Shown here piece by piece: positions 1-9,560 of a DNA stretch of 64,000 nt. The position numbers were made by a program, and so were the translations under genes. How positions within the stretch are numbered: the stretch's first letter is position 1; the number at the start of each line of letters is the position of its first letter. Location of the stretch: positions 38,650 through 102,649 of the forward strand of contig CAWVXH010000002.1 in the NCBI GenBank assembly GCA_963934165.1, given 5' to 3'. Below the pieces are notes generated by a model, which made no database searches, was not told the origin of the DNA, and saw nothing but the letters and a program-made list of their open reading frames with translations. The stretch comes from an uncultured Candidatus Poseidoniales archaeon (GTDB lineage Archaea; Thermoplasmatota; Poseidoniia; Poseidoniales; Thalassarchaeaceae).

Positions 1-448
1 GCGACTAAGGTTGTTCGTTGAAATCCACTAGTATTCGAACCATCAACTACAGTTTTTCTCATTACTTGAAGTGATGAGACCGGTTTTGCATCCATCATCG
101 CTGACATCGTCAAAACCGCATTAACCGCATCTTTATCGTGCTCGAGAGGCGGGGCCTCATCGATTTCTATCAATCCTGCATTTGGCGGCTGGACGTAAAC
201 AAATGATCGGTTTCGTCGCGCCTCAAAGCGTGCAGCAATATCGACTCGCCCACCTTCACCTTGCGAGGCGCGGAGTTTTCGATGGGATTGTGTCCATTCT
301 CGTGGAATTTCTTCAAGTCCTTGGTCGTAAAGTTGACTCGGCATTCTAGAATGTAATTTTCCAGTCGCCAACTGTTGATGGATTTCCAACCCACACATGA
401 AACCAAGGCCTTGCGGATTCAAAGAATCCGAAGCAAACACATCACCGA
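1..448 (-). CDS. gatE: Glu-tRNA(Gln) amidotransferase subunit E (GatE-like), N-terminal 149 aa; gene continues past the window start
   Basis: Minus-strand frame open from ATG at 448 to position 1. It translates to MEPVGDVFASDSLNPQGLGFMCGLEIHQQLATGKLHSRMPSQLYDQGLEEIPRE. The GLEIHQQL block is the N-terminal signature of the GatE/GatB family. It is absent from the supplied ORF track because it has no stop inside the window. It overlaps the listed 78-aa ORF, which is in another frame. Confidence 0.6.
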
Positions 449-505
449 CCGGTTCCATTCTAATCGAGGTGGCGAGGCTCTCGCTCATATGTTCAACGGC
501 TGAGC

Positions 506-2659
506 CTAGACGAAAGAATACTCATCGTTTCGATTACTGAATAGTTGTCCTGCTGTTCTCATCTTGGAAATTACTTCATCGACTGTGAACTCTGGAATCT
601 TTTTGGCTGCAGCACGATTGTAGATTTCAGTGATCGTTGCAATGTTGTTTTTCTCGGCACAAATATCTCTAATGATTTGCCGAACAACGTTAGTCAAATT
701 TCGACTTTTAGTCGTTGTACCTGAATATTCAGACTCATCTTCGATTCCCGCTTCTTCCCTCCAATGTTTGTAAACCGCGATAGCAACTTGGGCATCTTCG
801 TTGGTGGCAATATTGCGTAAGTACATCTTTGCATGAGCCTCAGTTAATCGAATTAAGGCCTCCAGCGCACGTGCGGTAATCGGGATTACATCTGTTCCTG
901 GATCTTGATCACCACGGCCATAAGACTGGCGTTCCTCGGTATAATAATTCAAAATTGCAGCGGTTGCATCATCATCTAAATTTGGGTGGCAATTCAATTT
1001 TGCATATGCGATATATTTGCGTAAGAAATTAGATGTTAAGTGCTCCTTACCATCGACTCCGGTATCGGTAATCTGTTCAGATTTAGAATCGGCTGGATTC
1101 ATCTCCAAATTTTCTTCAATCATCAATTCGCTGACACCAAGGGTTCGAGTCGCCAAAATATGCCGAGCAATTCTTTCATCGTCCTCTTGCTTGACTTCAT
1201 CTCGCATCATCCAAATAATATCGAATCGAGATGCTAAGGGTGGTGGTAATCCCGTTTCGCTAAATGAGTGAAGAACGCTTGCGTTTACACCTCGTTGAGA
1301 AAATCGACCTGCGGTCGGATTGGCAGCAGCAAGAATAGAACAACGGGTGGGTAATGTTGCAGTAATTCCACCCTTTGCGATGTGGATTTGTTGCTGCTCC
1401 ATCGCAGGAAGAATCGATGATCGATCCTCTTTGTTGATTTTATCGAATTCATCGATTGCAGCTAGACCTCTATCAGATAACGGTAGTATTCCTGCTTCGA
1501 GAGCAAAACGTCCATCGGAAAATGAATCTTTGATGGCGGCAGCGGTAAGACCGGCGCTAGAAACTCCGCCACCCGAAGCTAATTTCCCCCGAGGAGATAA
1601 TTTTGACATATATGATAGAAGTTGAGATTTTGCAACACCAGGGTCTCCCATCAAAAGAATATGAATATCACCACGAGTTCGGGTTTTGTCTGGATTTATC
1701 CGAGCTACCCCTCCAAATAATTGCAAAGCGAGTGAGCGCTTGACGAAGGGCAAAACACCGGTTGGGAAAATCGATGGGGCAATGGAATTTTGCATCAATC
1801 TAAACAGATCATCACGTTGAGAAATTTCACGGATTTGTTCCTCCTCTTCTTTGGTGATTTTTATTTCGGTAAATGGTACAGATTCGTGTTCAGAACTAAC
1901 CAAATGATACATGATATCAAACATTGGAGTCTTTTTGTTTCGGCGATATTCAGAGTGAACAACGGGAATTACGTTAACAATAACCCTCTGACCTGGAAGA
2001 TGTTTGTTTACTAAATTGCCCTCTAACAAAGCAGAGGCGCGACCTGGTTGCGAACCACTTGAAACCTGCTCTGGCAATTCCTGAATCTCAATCCACTGAT
2101 TGTTAACCAGCTTTGAAATATTGTAAATCAATTCAAAACGAGTTGCGCCATTTTTAACCGTCTCGCCACAACCACCTTGATCAGTAGGGGCACACTTCAG
2201 AGGTTCGACCAATTCGCGTTCATTATGTTGTGCGATTTCAACATTATATCCACACGCCTCGCACTGGAAAACTGCAATGTGCATCCTCGGCTTCAAATCA
2301 GAGATTTTGGTAACGATAACTTCTGAACTTCGGAGTTTTTCGATGTCCGCAGCTCCAATATCTCTCAAACTGCGGCGAGAATCGCGCGGTAATTCACCAA
2401 CTCGCAACATCACATCAATATCTTCACCACGCTCACGGCAAATCTCTCGCAACATTTCGGTTCCAGATGCGAGGATTTGACGAGGAAATTGCAAAATGTC
2501 TTCAGCAAATTCAGGATCAAAGCCTTGTAACTCGTGAAATGATACTTCCAAAACAGGTGTATTTGACTGTCGGGAAAGAAGGAGAAGGATATCAGAATCC
2601 TTTGCTTCAGAAAAGAAGGTTTTCCATCTTGCAGAGGAATCGTGTGCTGCCATTGCCAT
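506..2659 (-). CDS. mcm: MCM replicative helicase
   Basis: 717 aa. Walker A is GDPGVAKS. Walker B and arginine finger are DEFDK ... SRFDII. Zn-finger cysteines are present (CEACG...CGGCG). This is the archaeal MCM AAA+ core. Confidence 0.95.
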   Translation of the reverse strand: MAMAAHDSSARWKTFFSEAKDSDILLLLSRQSNTPVLEVSFHELQGFDPEFAEDILQFPRQILASGTEMLREICRERGEDIDVMLRVGELPRDSRRSLRDIGAADIEKLRSSEVIVTKISDLKPRMHIAVFQCEACGYNVEIAQHNERELVEPLKCAPTDQGGCGETVKNGATRFELIYNISKLVNNQWIEIQELPEQVSSGSQPGRASALLEGNLVNKHLPGQRVIVNVIPVVHSEYRRNKKTPMFDIMYHLVSSEHESVPFTEIKITKEEEEQIREISQRDDLFRLMQNSIAPSIFPTGVLPFVKRSLALQLFGGVARINPDKTRTRGDIHILLMGDPGVAKSQLLSYMSKLSPRGKLASGGGVSSAGLTAAAIKDSFSDGRFALEAGILPLSDRGLAAIDEFDKINKEDRSSILPAMEQQQIHIAKGGITATLPTRCSILAAANPTAGRFSQRGVNASVLHSFSETGLPPPLASRFDIIWMMRDEVKQEDDERIARHILATRTLGVSELMIEENLEMNPADSKSEQITDTGVDGKEHLTSNFLRKYIAYAKLNCHPNLDDDATAAILNYYTEERQSYGRGDQDPGTDVIPITARALEALIRLTEAHAKMYLRNIATNEDAQVAIAVYKHWREEAGIEDESEYSGTTTKSRNLTNVVRQIIRDICAEKNNIATITEIYNRAAAKKIPEFTVDEVISKMRTAGQLFSNRNDEYSFV

Positions 2660-2876
2660 GTCTAATCCTCACCGGGCATTTGAGACGGGCGTCCACAGTC
2701 TATAACCAAATGGTTTGGAAAAACCTACCCGTATATTTCCACTGGAGAGTTTTGATACGGGCAGGTAAGCGAATGTGGTGCTGAGGGCTTCCACTGCAAG
2801 AATATAATGATTCAAGCCAAGTCCAAAGGAAATCTACCTTCAGGGGAATTAAAATCTAAGGTGCCTATCGCCATTC

Positions 2877-3314
2877 ATGGATTTGCAGCGTGTTGGTGAT
2901 GATGTATTCTTGCGATTAGATCAGGGCGAAGAAATTCATGCTGCAATTCAATCACTCGCTGAACATGGAATTACTACTGCAGCTATTACCAGCGGAATCG
3001 GAAGAGTACGTGATATTGAGTTTGGATTTCTTGATTCGACTGGTATTTACCAAACCGCCATTCATACAGGACCGATGGAATTAATCTCAACTCAAGGTAA
3101 TCTAGCACCATCCTCAGATGGCCCCTTTACACACATTCATTCGATTTTCTCCGATGACAACCATATCGTTCATGGCGGTCATCTAATTACGGCGACAATC
3201 GAAGTTGTCGCCGAGATTCACCTTCGTGTTTTGAATTCTCAAAGTGATGATCCGATGGAGCGGGTCAAAACTGAAAACGACTTCGTGCGTCTATCTTTTT
3301 GTAATTTGAGGTGA
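2877..3314 (+). CDS. PPC/DUF296-domain protein (predicted DNA-binding)
   Basis: 145 aa with a GRVRDIEFGF ... HIH...HGGHL pattern typical of PPC (DUF296) domains. It overlaps the downstream gene by 4 nt, so the two are likely an operon. Confidence 0.5.
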   Translation: MDLQRVGDDVFLRLDQGEEIHAAIQSLAEHGITTAAITSGIGRVRDIEFGFLDSTGIYQTAIHTGPMELISTQGNLAPSSDGPFTHIHSIFSDDNHIVHGGHLITATIEVVAEIHLRVLNSQSDDPMERVKTENDFVRLSFCNLR

Positions 3315-3928
3315 AAGTTTTGAAAGTCCTGTGGGCCCATGGCCTAGAAGGAAGAGCAAATGGTTCGAAACCGACTTTTTTGGTTGAACAATATGGTTGG
3401 GAAGTAGTTTCTCCAGAGATGTCAGCAAATGGATGGACAATTTCAGATCAAACAAATATTATTCTTGAGACAATTTCGGCAAACCCTGATTTCGACTTTA
3501 TTATGGGGTCATCATATGGAGCTCTCGCTATCGCTAATGCTGCATCTCAATTGAAAGATACTGATCTAAAATTAGTACTCCTAGCACCAGCATTTGGACT
3601 ATACAAAAACTTCCACGACAATATTGGGAAAGAAGCGGTCGCTGAATGGCAATCTTGTGGTACTCGATCATATTTTCATCATGGATTCGGACATAATGTT
3701 GAATTTGGATGGGATTTTATGGAAAGTGCTGAAAATAATTCTTGGCCGAAATTTTCTCAATCAGCAGTAATCATCCACGGTACAAATGATGACATTGTTC
3801 CATTTTCTTTTTCAAAAAATTATGCTCAAGAAAATGAAAATATTGAATTAATTACTGTCAATGATGGTCATCGACTACTCGAATCATTGCATCAAATCGG
3901 GAGAGCAGCCGAAAAATTACTGAAATAA
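3311..3928 (+). CDS. alpha/beta-hydrolase, YqiA-like esterase
   Basis: 205 aa. Nucleophile elbow GSSYG (GxSxG). HGTNDDIVP and a late His fit the catalytic triad order of small esterases. Confidence 0.6.
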   Translation: MKVLKVLWAHGLEGRANGSKPTFLVEQYGWEVVSPEMSANGWTISDQTNIILETISANPDFDFIMGSSYGALAIANAASQLKDTDLKLVLLAPAFGLYKNFHDNIGKEAVAEWQSCGTRSYFHHGFGHNVEFGWDFMESAENNSWPKFSQSAVIIHGTNDDIVPFSFSKNYAQENENIELITVNDGHRLLESLHQIGRAAEKLLK

Positions 3929-4648
3929 TCAATCTTTAGAGCCTAGGAAATATTCGCCTATTTCTGGATCGTTGAGAATGTGTTGAGCAGCGCTGGTATG
4001 GACAACTTTTCCGCCAGCTAATATGTATCCACGATCTGATCTTGCCAATGAAAGGCGGGCATTCTGCTCAACTATCAATACCGTAATTCCATCTTTTCTC
4101 AAAGAATCTATCCGCTCTATTATTTGTTGTTGATAGAGTGGTGAAAGCGCTGCAGTCGGCTCATCAAGCAACAAAAATTTCGGATTGGAAATCAATGCCC
4201 GAGAAATCGCCAGCATCTGCCTCTCACCACCAGATAGGGATGCTGCCAAATCATAAACTCGATCAGACAAATCTGGAAACATCTCCAATGCGCGCTCAAT
4301 TCTTTCATTGAGAAGTGCAGTTGGTAAATTGTTGCCACCCATCTGGAGATTTTCATGAACTGTGAGCGTAGGGAATACATTGTCCACTTGAGGGACATAG
4401 GCAATCCCACGATTGACTAATTGGTCAGTTCTCCAGCCTGATACGTCTTCGCCGTGATGCTTGACTATTCCTGAATAATGAGTTGCGATTCCGAATATCG
4501 TTTTGATTAGAGTTGATTTACCACATCCATTGGGTCCGATGATAGTAACGAATTCACCTTCTTCGATATAGAGGTCAATATCATACAAAATTTGTACCGA
4601 ACCATAACCACCATTCAGCCCTTTGACATCGAGTATTCGTTTGCTCAT
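3929..4648 (-). CDS. livF: branched-chain amino acid ABC transporter ATP-binding protein LivF
   Basis: Walker A GPNGCGKST, signature LSGGERQM, Walker B LLLDEP. The C-terminus ends EYFLG, as in LivF. Confidence 0.9.
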   Translation of the reverse strand: MSKRILDVKGLNGGYGSVQILYDIDLYIEEGEFVTIIGPNGCGKSTLIKTIFGIATHYSGIVKHHGEDVSGWRTDQLVNRGIAYVPQVDNVFPTLTVHENLQMGGNNLPTALLNERIERALEMFPDLSDRVYDLAASLSGGERQMLAISRALISNPKFLLLDEPTAALSPLYQQQIIERIDSLRKDGITVLIVEQNARLSLARSDRGYILAGGKVVHTSAAQHILNDPEIGEYFLGSKD

Positions 4649-5433
4649 TCACTTTCCTCCTTGACCCCAGGTGCACCCAGATAGGCTTCGATAACCGCAC
4701 GGTTTGATTTTACTTCTTCGGGAGTTCCCATCATCAAAATTTCACCCTCATTCATGACGATGATTCGGTCTACGCCTTGCCTGAGAATGAAATCCATATT
4801 ATGCTCGATGATAAGAATTGAAACCCCAGTCTCTGAAACGATTTTACGTAAATTATTGAAAATTTTCATCGCTAGAGGGCCGGCTACACCAGCTACTGGT
4901 TCATCGAGCAATAGCAATTTTGGATCCCCCATCATCGAGCGACCTATATCGACAAGTTTCGACTGACCACCAGATAATTCATTTGCTAAATTATGAGCCA
5001 TGTGTGGCACTTCGAGCTGATCTAAAGTTGCATATGCCTTTTCGAGTCGCTCACTTTCAGCAGGCCTGCTACCTGGGAATAATAGTGAAAGAAACCGATT
5101 TGGTGCGAATGGGGCTCTAGGAGGAACAAGTAAATTTTCGATAACTGTCATTTCTCGCCAAAGACGAGTGTGCTGGAATGTTCTGGTGAAACCGAGTTTT
5201 TGAATTTCATCCGGGCGCATGTTTGATGCATCAACTCCAAAGATTTCTACTGAGCCATTGGTCTGATTAAGCAAGCCGCTGATACAGTTGAATGTGGTAG
5301 ATTTACCGCATCCATTTGGACCAATCAAACCAATGAATTCACCTTCCTTTACTTCGAATGAAACATCTTTAACTGCGATGATCCCACCAAATTCTTTGCG
5401 TAAATTATCGACACGAAGTACTGTCTTGGACAT
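4645..5433 (-). CDS. livG: branched-chain amino acid ABC transporter ATP-binding protein LivG
   Basis: Walker A GPNGCGKST, signature LSGGQSKLV, C-terminal AYLG. It overlaps livF by 4 nt. Confidence 0.9.
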   Translation of the reverse strand: MSKTVLRVDNLRKEFGGIIAVKDVSFEVKEGEFIGLIGPNGCGKSTTFNCISGLLNQTNGSVEIFGVDASNMRPDEIQKLGFTRTFQHTRLWREMTVIENLLVPPRAPFAPNRFLSLLFPGSRPAESERLEKAYATLDQLEVPHMAHNLANELSGGQSKLVDIGRSMMGDPKLLLLDEPVAGVAGPLAMKIFNNLRKIVSETGVSILIIEHNMDFILRQGVDRIIVMNEGEILMMGTPEEVKSNRAVIEAYLGAPGVKEESE

Positions 5434-8400
5434 TAGTTCTCACCTCCCGGATTTGATTCAACACGAGGAGGTCGGTGAGGCACTTCAGGCAGAATTCCCT
5501 TAGCATTGAACTTGAGAGATAATATAATCAAACAACCAACTAGTAAGACTTTCACAAAAGCCATGTCGGCTGAAATTTCACCATAAAGGAATGATTCTGA
5601 AACTGATACTGGTCCGAGAAAAATTCCAGCAAAAGTGAAAGTGAAAGCGATTATCGCCCCATAATCTATAAGTTTCTTAGATCCTAATATGTATCCGATT
5701 ATCAACAAACCAAGTCCAATATTCACTACCTGCCAAGACTCCAAAACCACCCACGATACCAAACTATCAATTTGACCCGCTGTCGTATGCAGAGGAAGGG
5801 TCGATGAGCCTTGGCCAGCAACTAAGACGTTGAATACGAATTGCATCAAAACGATGATGAATGCACCGATGACCATTCCTCGGTTATTGGCAGCACCACC
5901 AATAATGAATGCCCCCCAAACCAAAAATGTCGAACGGGCCGGTGACAAGAAAGAAGGTTGGAAACCAGTCAATTTCCATGCCCATAGGGCCCCGGCAAAG
6001 CCAGCGATTGCTCCACCGAGAGCGAGGCTTGCGGCCTTATGAGTTAGAACATCATGACCATGATGCTGAGAAACAGCCTCGTCTTCACGAATCGAGCGGA
6101 GAATTCTCCCCCATGGTGAGCGCAATAGAACCTCTAGTAACCACCAAACGAAAAGCATTGAAATAATTCCAATAATAGCTAACAACATCATGTAAGGTGC
6201 TGGCTCACCTAATTCGAGAAGATTACCGAAAGTGTCGGCGATACTTTCGATTTCAACGGAATCCCTACATTCATCAGGGCTGAATGGATTGATAATATCA
6301 TCTGCAGTTCCAAGGATTGCATCCGGTCCGACCAGTGGATCTTTCATTGGGGTATTCCAACCACAGAACCACCAACCCTCCATTGGCAGAGCATACCTTG
6401 AAATCCCGATCGATGAACCCCATGAACCCGCCCTGAGTAAGGGCTCACCCATCAATAATACTCGAAGAATTTCACCGAGTGAAATCGTAACTATTGCGAA
6501 ATAATCGATACGCAACCTCGCCGTTGGATAAGCGAGCAACCAACCAAATCCGCCAGCGAGAGCAATACCAACTAAAGTCGCAGGCAATACCGGCCAACCA
6601 TATCCGTGAGAATCGCTAGGTGCGGTTAGAATACCGACGGTAATAGCGCCGATACCTACGAAGAAAATTACACCAAAATTTACCATGCCGGTGATTCCAG
6701 TATGGAAATTAAGAGAGAATGCCATCAGTGCGAAAATTGCTAAAGTGACGAGAACATTTGACACTTGTAATGTTTTTATAAATCTCATATTGTCTTGTTC
6801 AGCGACCGGAAGCCATTCTAAGAAAAGAAGTAAAATAATCAGTACCGAGAAAAACATCATCCAAGAGCCAAAGGGACTTTCTCGGCCAAAAGGTGCCTTT
6901 TTCTGATATATTTCTAAAAGACCCCCCCCCTCTTTATACTTCAGATATGCGAAAACCGCTACCCAAAACATCCCGATAATGAATACTCCTCGACTGAAAA
7001 AGTAAGGGAGTTTGGACAATATTATCAATGAAAATAATACCAATGGAATCATTTTTTGTTTGGTATCTAAGTCACTTGTTCGAGTGGATATCTTGTCAAA
7101 AACGCCTGATTGAATTTCTCTAATTGGTGAGTTTATTTTGCTAAACAATTGAGAGAGGTTTGAAGAATTTGATTTAACCGCTTCGTTAATCTTCATGCTG
7201 AAGATATTTAATTGGACTAAAATAGGCTTCAATGGGTCTTCTTCCTTACCCTGAATGAGAAAAACTCCCTCTACGATAGCTAGTAACCAGAGTAATATTG
7301 GCACCGCTGGCCAAATAATATCGCCGAAAGTAATCAACGATTCAAGCACTCCTAACTCACTCTGCATCAAATTTAACCAGCCTGTATTCAAATCAGAAAG
7401 AGCATTTACCGCCCATTCTTCATGCAAGTTAGGGGCTAAATCTGAAGGAGGATCAGGGATATCAGTCAGATCAAATGGGGCATCATCGAGAATAATCGTG
7501 CCATCCCCTCTACCGGTTAAAAACTCAAGGTTTGTGTCGACGCCTTCATTTATTTCACAGGCATTTGAACAAGAATTCCGTGCAAATGAATGCTCCTTAA
7601 TGAAATTGATAATACGGGAAAAGAACAGAGCTGCTACCGAGAGAATTAACATCGATTCTCCTCGAGCTGATTTTTTCTGATGGAATTGATGTGCACCGAA
7701 AATTCCTAGTGGGGAAAATGCCAGTAGAGCCGAAATTTTCGGATTTGATTTTTTGGTTGATTTTGCTTGCCGTCTCATTCGGTCAACCTTCCATTTCTCA
7801 TAGGCAGAACCAATTCCCTCTGGCATAATCATTAAAATTGCTACTAGGAAAATATAGGGCATTACACCATCTAATGCTGTATAATTTGAACGTTCTAGAG
7901 GCATGCCTACACCAATTAATATCGGTGAAGATAATGCTCTAACAAAGCCGACAATCAAGGAGCCGATTACCGCTCCAGGAATTGAGCCAAGTGTTCCGAG
8001 AACAATTATAGCGAATGAGGGCAGTAAAATTGTGAAAGCTGTTTCAGGAGTAAATCGTAAAGTCATCGCAAAAATTGCGCCACCCATGCCGGAAACGCCC
8101 GCTGAAAGGAATGCGCTCGTTAATTGGATTCTCTCGACATTGATACCGCTGCTTGCAGCCAACTCGGGGTTGTCTGAAACTGCCCGCATCCGACGGCCAA
8201 GTCGTGTTTTTCGAAGTAAAATAATCAAAGTGATAGCTGAAGCAAAAATCAGTATTGGCATGGCCGCTTTGTAATATGCATAACCAGTCGTAGCGTGAGA
8301 CACACAGTCATTAGCAACATCATACATCTCGAACATTGGTTTACTTCCAGTGACAGGGATGTGCTCCATCACAGTTTCACCGGTTGTTGAATCTACAACG

Positions 8401-9311
8401 GCTTGACAATTTCCGGAATTGTAGATTTGGCCTTCATCGAGGCTACGGTTACCGAAGATGAAACGGAATTTTTGAGTTGGTATATCCCAACGAAATGATG
8501 GTGTGCGCCAGTCTGCATCGGGCTCAAATATTTTTCTAGCCGAACCAAACCGCAGGTAAATTATTGCACGAAGAACGAGTGCAACACCCAAGGAACTAAT
8601 CAACATAATTTCTGGTTTGGCCTTAGAATCACGGAATCCTTTGTAGACTAGGCGATCGACAATTATCCCAGCCACTCCTGTCAAGAAAAATGCGAGAACG
8701 ATAGTCCAAAGCAAAACAGACCAAACCAATGTTCCATCAGTAGGTGCATCGTAAAGGGGGAAGAAATAATCACTCCAAACCATCACCATAGCAAGGTACA
8801 TTCCAATCATGAAAAATTCACTTTGAGCAAAATTCCCATAACGCTGAACCTTGTAGGTTAAGGTCAGTCCGACAGCAATCGCCAAATATGTTGAAGACCA
8901 TGTCAAAGTGCCAACTCCAATCGATATTAAATCGAGGGTTATCGTCGCTCCCCTATCCAATCCTATAAGCATAAATTCAATTGTCATTCCAACAATAAAT
9001 AGTAAAAATATCGGTGAAAGAAAAATACCAATTGTTCTAGGTGTACTTCGTTTAACATCATCAAAAAGAATCTTGATGAAAAAGAATCCACCGCCGATGG
9101 ATTCGACGGCTTGAAGCAACCAAACCATATCGTTCGGCATCCTTCCACCGATAACAGAATCAAATCCATTCAAAATACCGAAACCGTACAATAATCCGAG
9201 TGAAGAATCCAGCATAATCGCCATGGCGATGATGAATCTACGCTGTCCACGACTCAATGAATTCCATTGAGCCGATAATTGATTAAGCGCATTCCTAGAC
9301 ATGTTAGTCAC
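5433..9311 (-). CDS. fused branched-chain amino acid ABC transporter permease (LivH-like N-terminal half, linker, LivM-like C-terminal half)
   Basis: 1292 aa with many TM helices. The N-terminal half carries the LivH hallmark GRRMRAVSDNPELAASSGINV plus a roughly 100-aa extracytoplasmic insertion. The C-terminal half carries the LivM hallmark RSPWGRILRSIREDE. A roughly 350-aa middle region links them. A 1-nt overlap with livG indicates the same operon. Confidence 0.85.
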   Translation of the reverse strand: MTNMSRNALNQLSAQWNSLSRGQRRFIIAMAIMLDSSLGLLYGFGILNGFDSVIGGRMPNDMVWLLQAVESIGGGFFFIKILFDDVKRSTPRTIGIFLSPIFLLFIVGMTIEFMLIGLDRGATITLDLISIGVGTLTWSSTYLAIAVGLTLTYKVQRYGNFAQSEFFMIGMYLAMVMVWSDYFFPLYDAPTDGTLVWSVLLWTIVLAFFLTGVAGIIVDRLVYKGFRDSKAKPEIMLISSLGVALVLRAIIYLRFGSARKIFEPDADWRTPSFRWDIPTQKFRFIFGNRSLDEGQIYNSGNCQAVVDSTTGETVMEHIPVTGSKPMFEMYDVANDCVSHATTGYAYYKAAMPILIFASAITLIILLRKTRLGRRMRAVSDNPELAASSGINVERIQLTSAFLSAGVSGMGGAIFAMTLRFTPETAFTILLPSFAIIVLGTLGSIPGAVIGSLIVGFVRALSSPILIGVGMPLERSNYTALDGVMPYIFLVAILMIMPEGIGSAYEKWKVDRMRRQAKSTKKSNPKISALLAFSPLGIFGAHQFHQKKSARGESMLILSVAALFFSRIINFIKEHSFARNSCSNACEINEGVDTNLEFLTGRGDGTIILDDAPFDLTDIPDPPSDLAPNLHEEWAVNALSDLNTGWLNLMQSELGVLESLITFGDIIWPAVPILLWLLAIVEGVFLIQGKEEDPLKPILVQLNIFSMKINEAVKSNSSNLSQLFSKINSPIREIQSGVFDKISTRTSDLDTKQKMIPLVLFSLIILSKLPYFFSRGVFIIGMFWVAVFAYLKYKEGGGLLEIYQKKAPFGRESPFGSWMMFFSVLIILLLFLEWLPVAEQDNMRFIKTLQVSNVLVTLAIFALMAFSLNFHTGITGMVNFGVIFFVGIGAITVGILTAPSDSHGYGWPVLPATLVGIALAGGFGWLLAYPTARLRIDYFAIVTISLGEILRVLLMGEPLLRAGSWGSSIGISRYALPMEGWWFCGWNTPMKDPLVGPDAILGTADDIINPFSPDECRDSVEIESIADTFGNLLELGEPAPYMMLLAIIGIISMLFVWWLLEVLLRSPWGRILRSIREDEAVSQHHGHDVLTHKAASLALGGAIAGFAGALWAWKLTGFQPSFLSPARSTFLVWGAFIIGGAANNRGMVIGAFIIVLMQFVFNVLVAGQGSSTLPLHTTAGQIDSLVSWVVLESWQVVNIGLGLLIIGYILGSKKLIDYGAIIAFTFTFAGIFLGPVSVSESFLYGEISADMAFVKVLLVGCLIILSLKFNAKGILPEVPHRPPRVESNPGGEN

Positions 9312-9485
9312 TCCTAGTTCAAACGCAACAATATCCAGTAATGATTGTTGGGGAACTTGTTTATCAATTTCAGATTGAAATTTGATAGTGGTTTTGAGAT
9401 TGTCTTTCTTTCACTTCCAAATTTTCCTCATAGAGCCCTTTGGAATACATCGATTATCTCAATTTTTCAAGCAATTAGAGGGGGG

Positions 9486-9516
9486 GCGCCACGGCGGGAG
9501 AATCCCACCGTGGCGC
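9486..9516 (-). promoter_or_regulatory. GC-rich hairpin between the binding-protein gene and the permease gene
   Basis: gcgccacggcgg-gagaatccca-ccgtggcgc forms an 11/12-bp stem. It sits in the 249-bp gap between the binding-protein stop and the permease start. Confidence 0.5.
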
Positions 9517-9560
9517 TTTACGTCCCATTACTCGATCAGGTTAGTTTCCTAATTTACTAA

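Noticed and set aside
170-406. Listed 78-aa minus-strand ORF
   Set aside because: It lies entirely inside the longer GatE-like reading frame on the same strand but in a different frame. That longer frame starts at 448 and runs off the window. The 78-aa product has no recognisable similarity.
9345-9560. 71-aa ORF in the binding-protein/permease intergenic gap
   Set aside because: It overlaps the hairpin and G-run region. It has no start context and no similarity, and it is more likely non-coding spacer.
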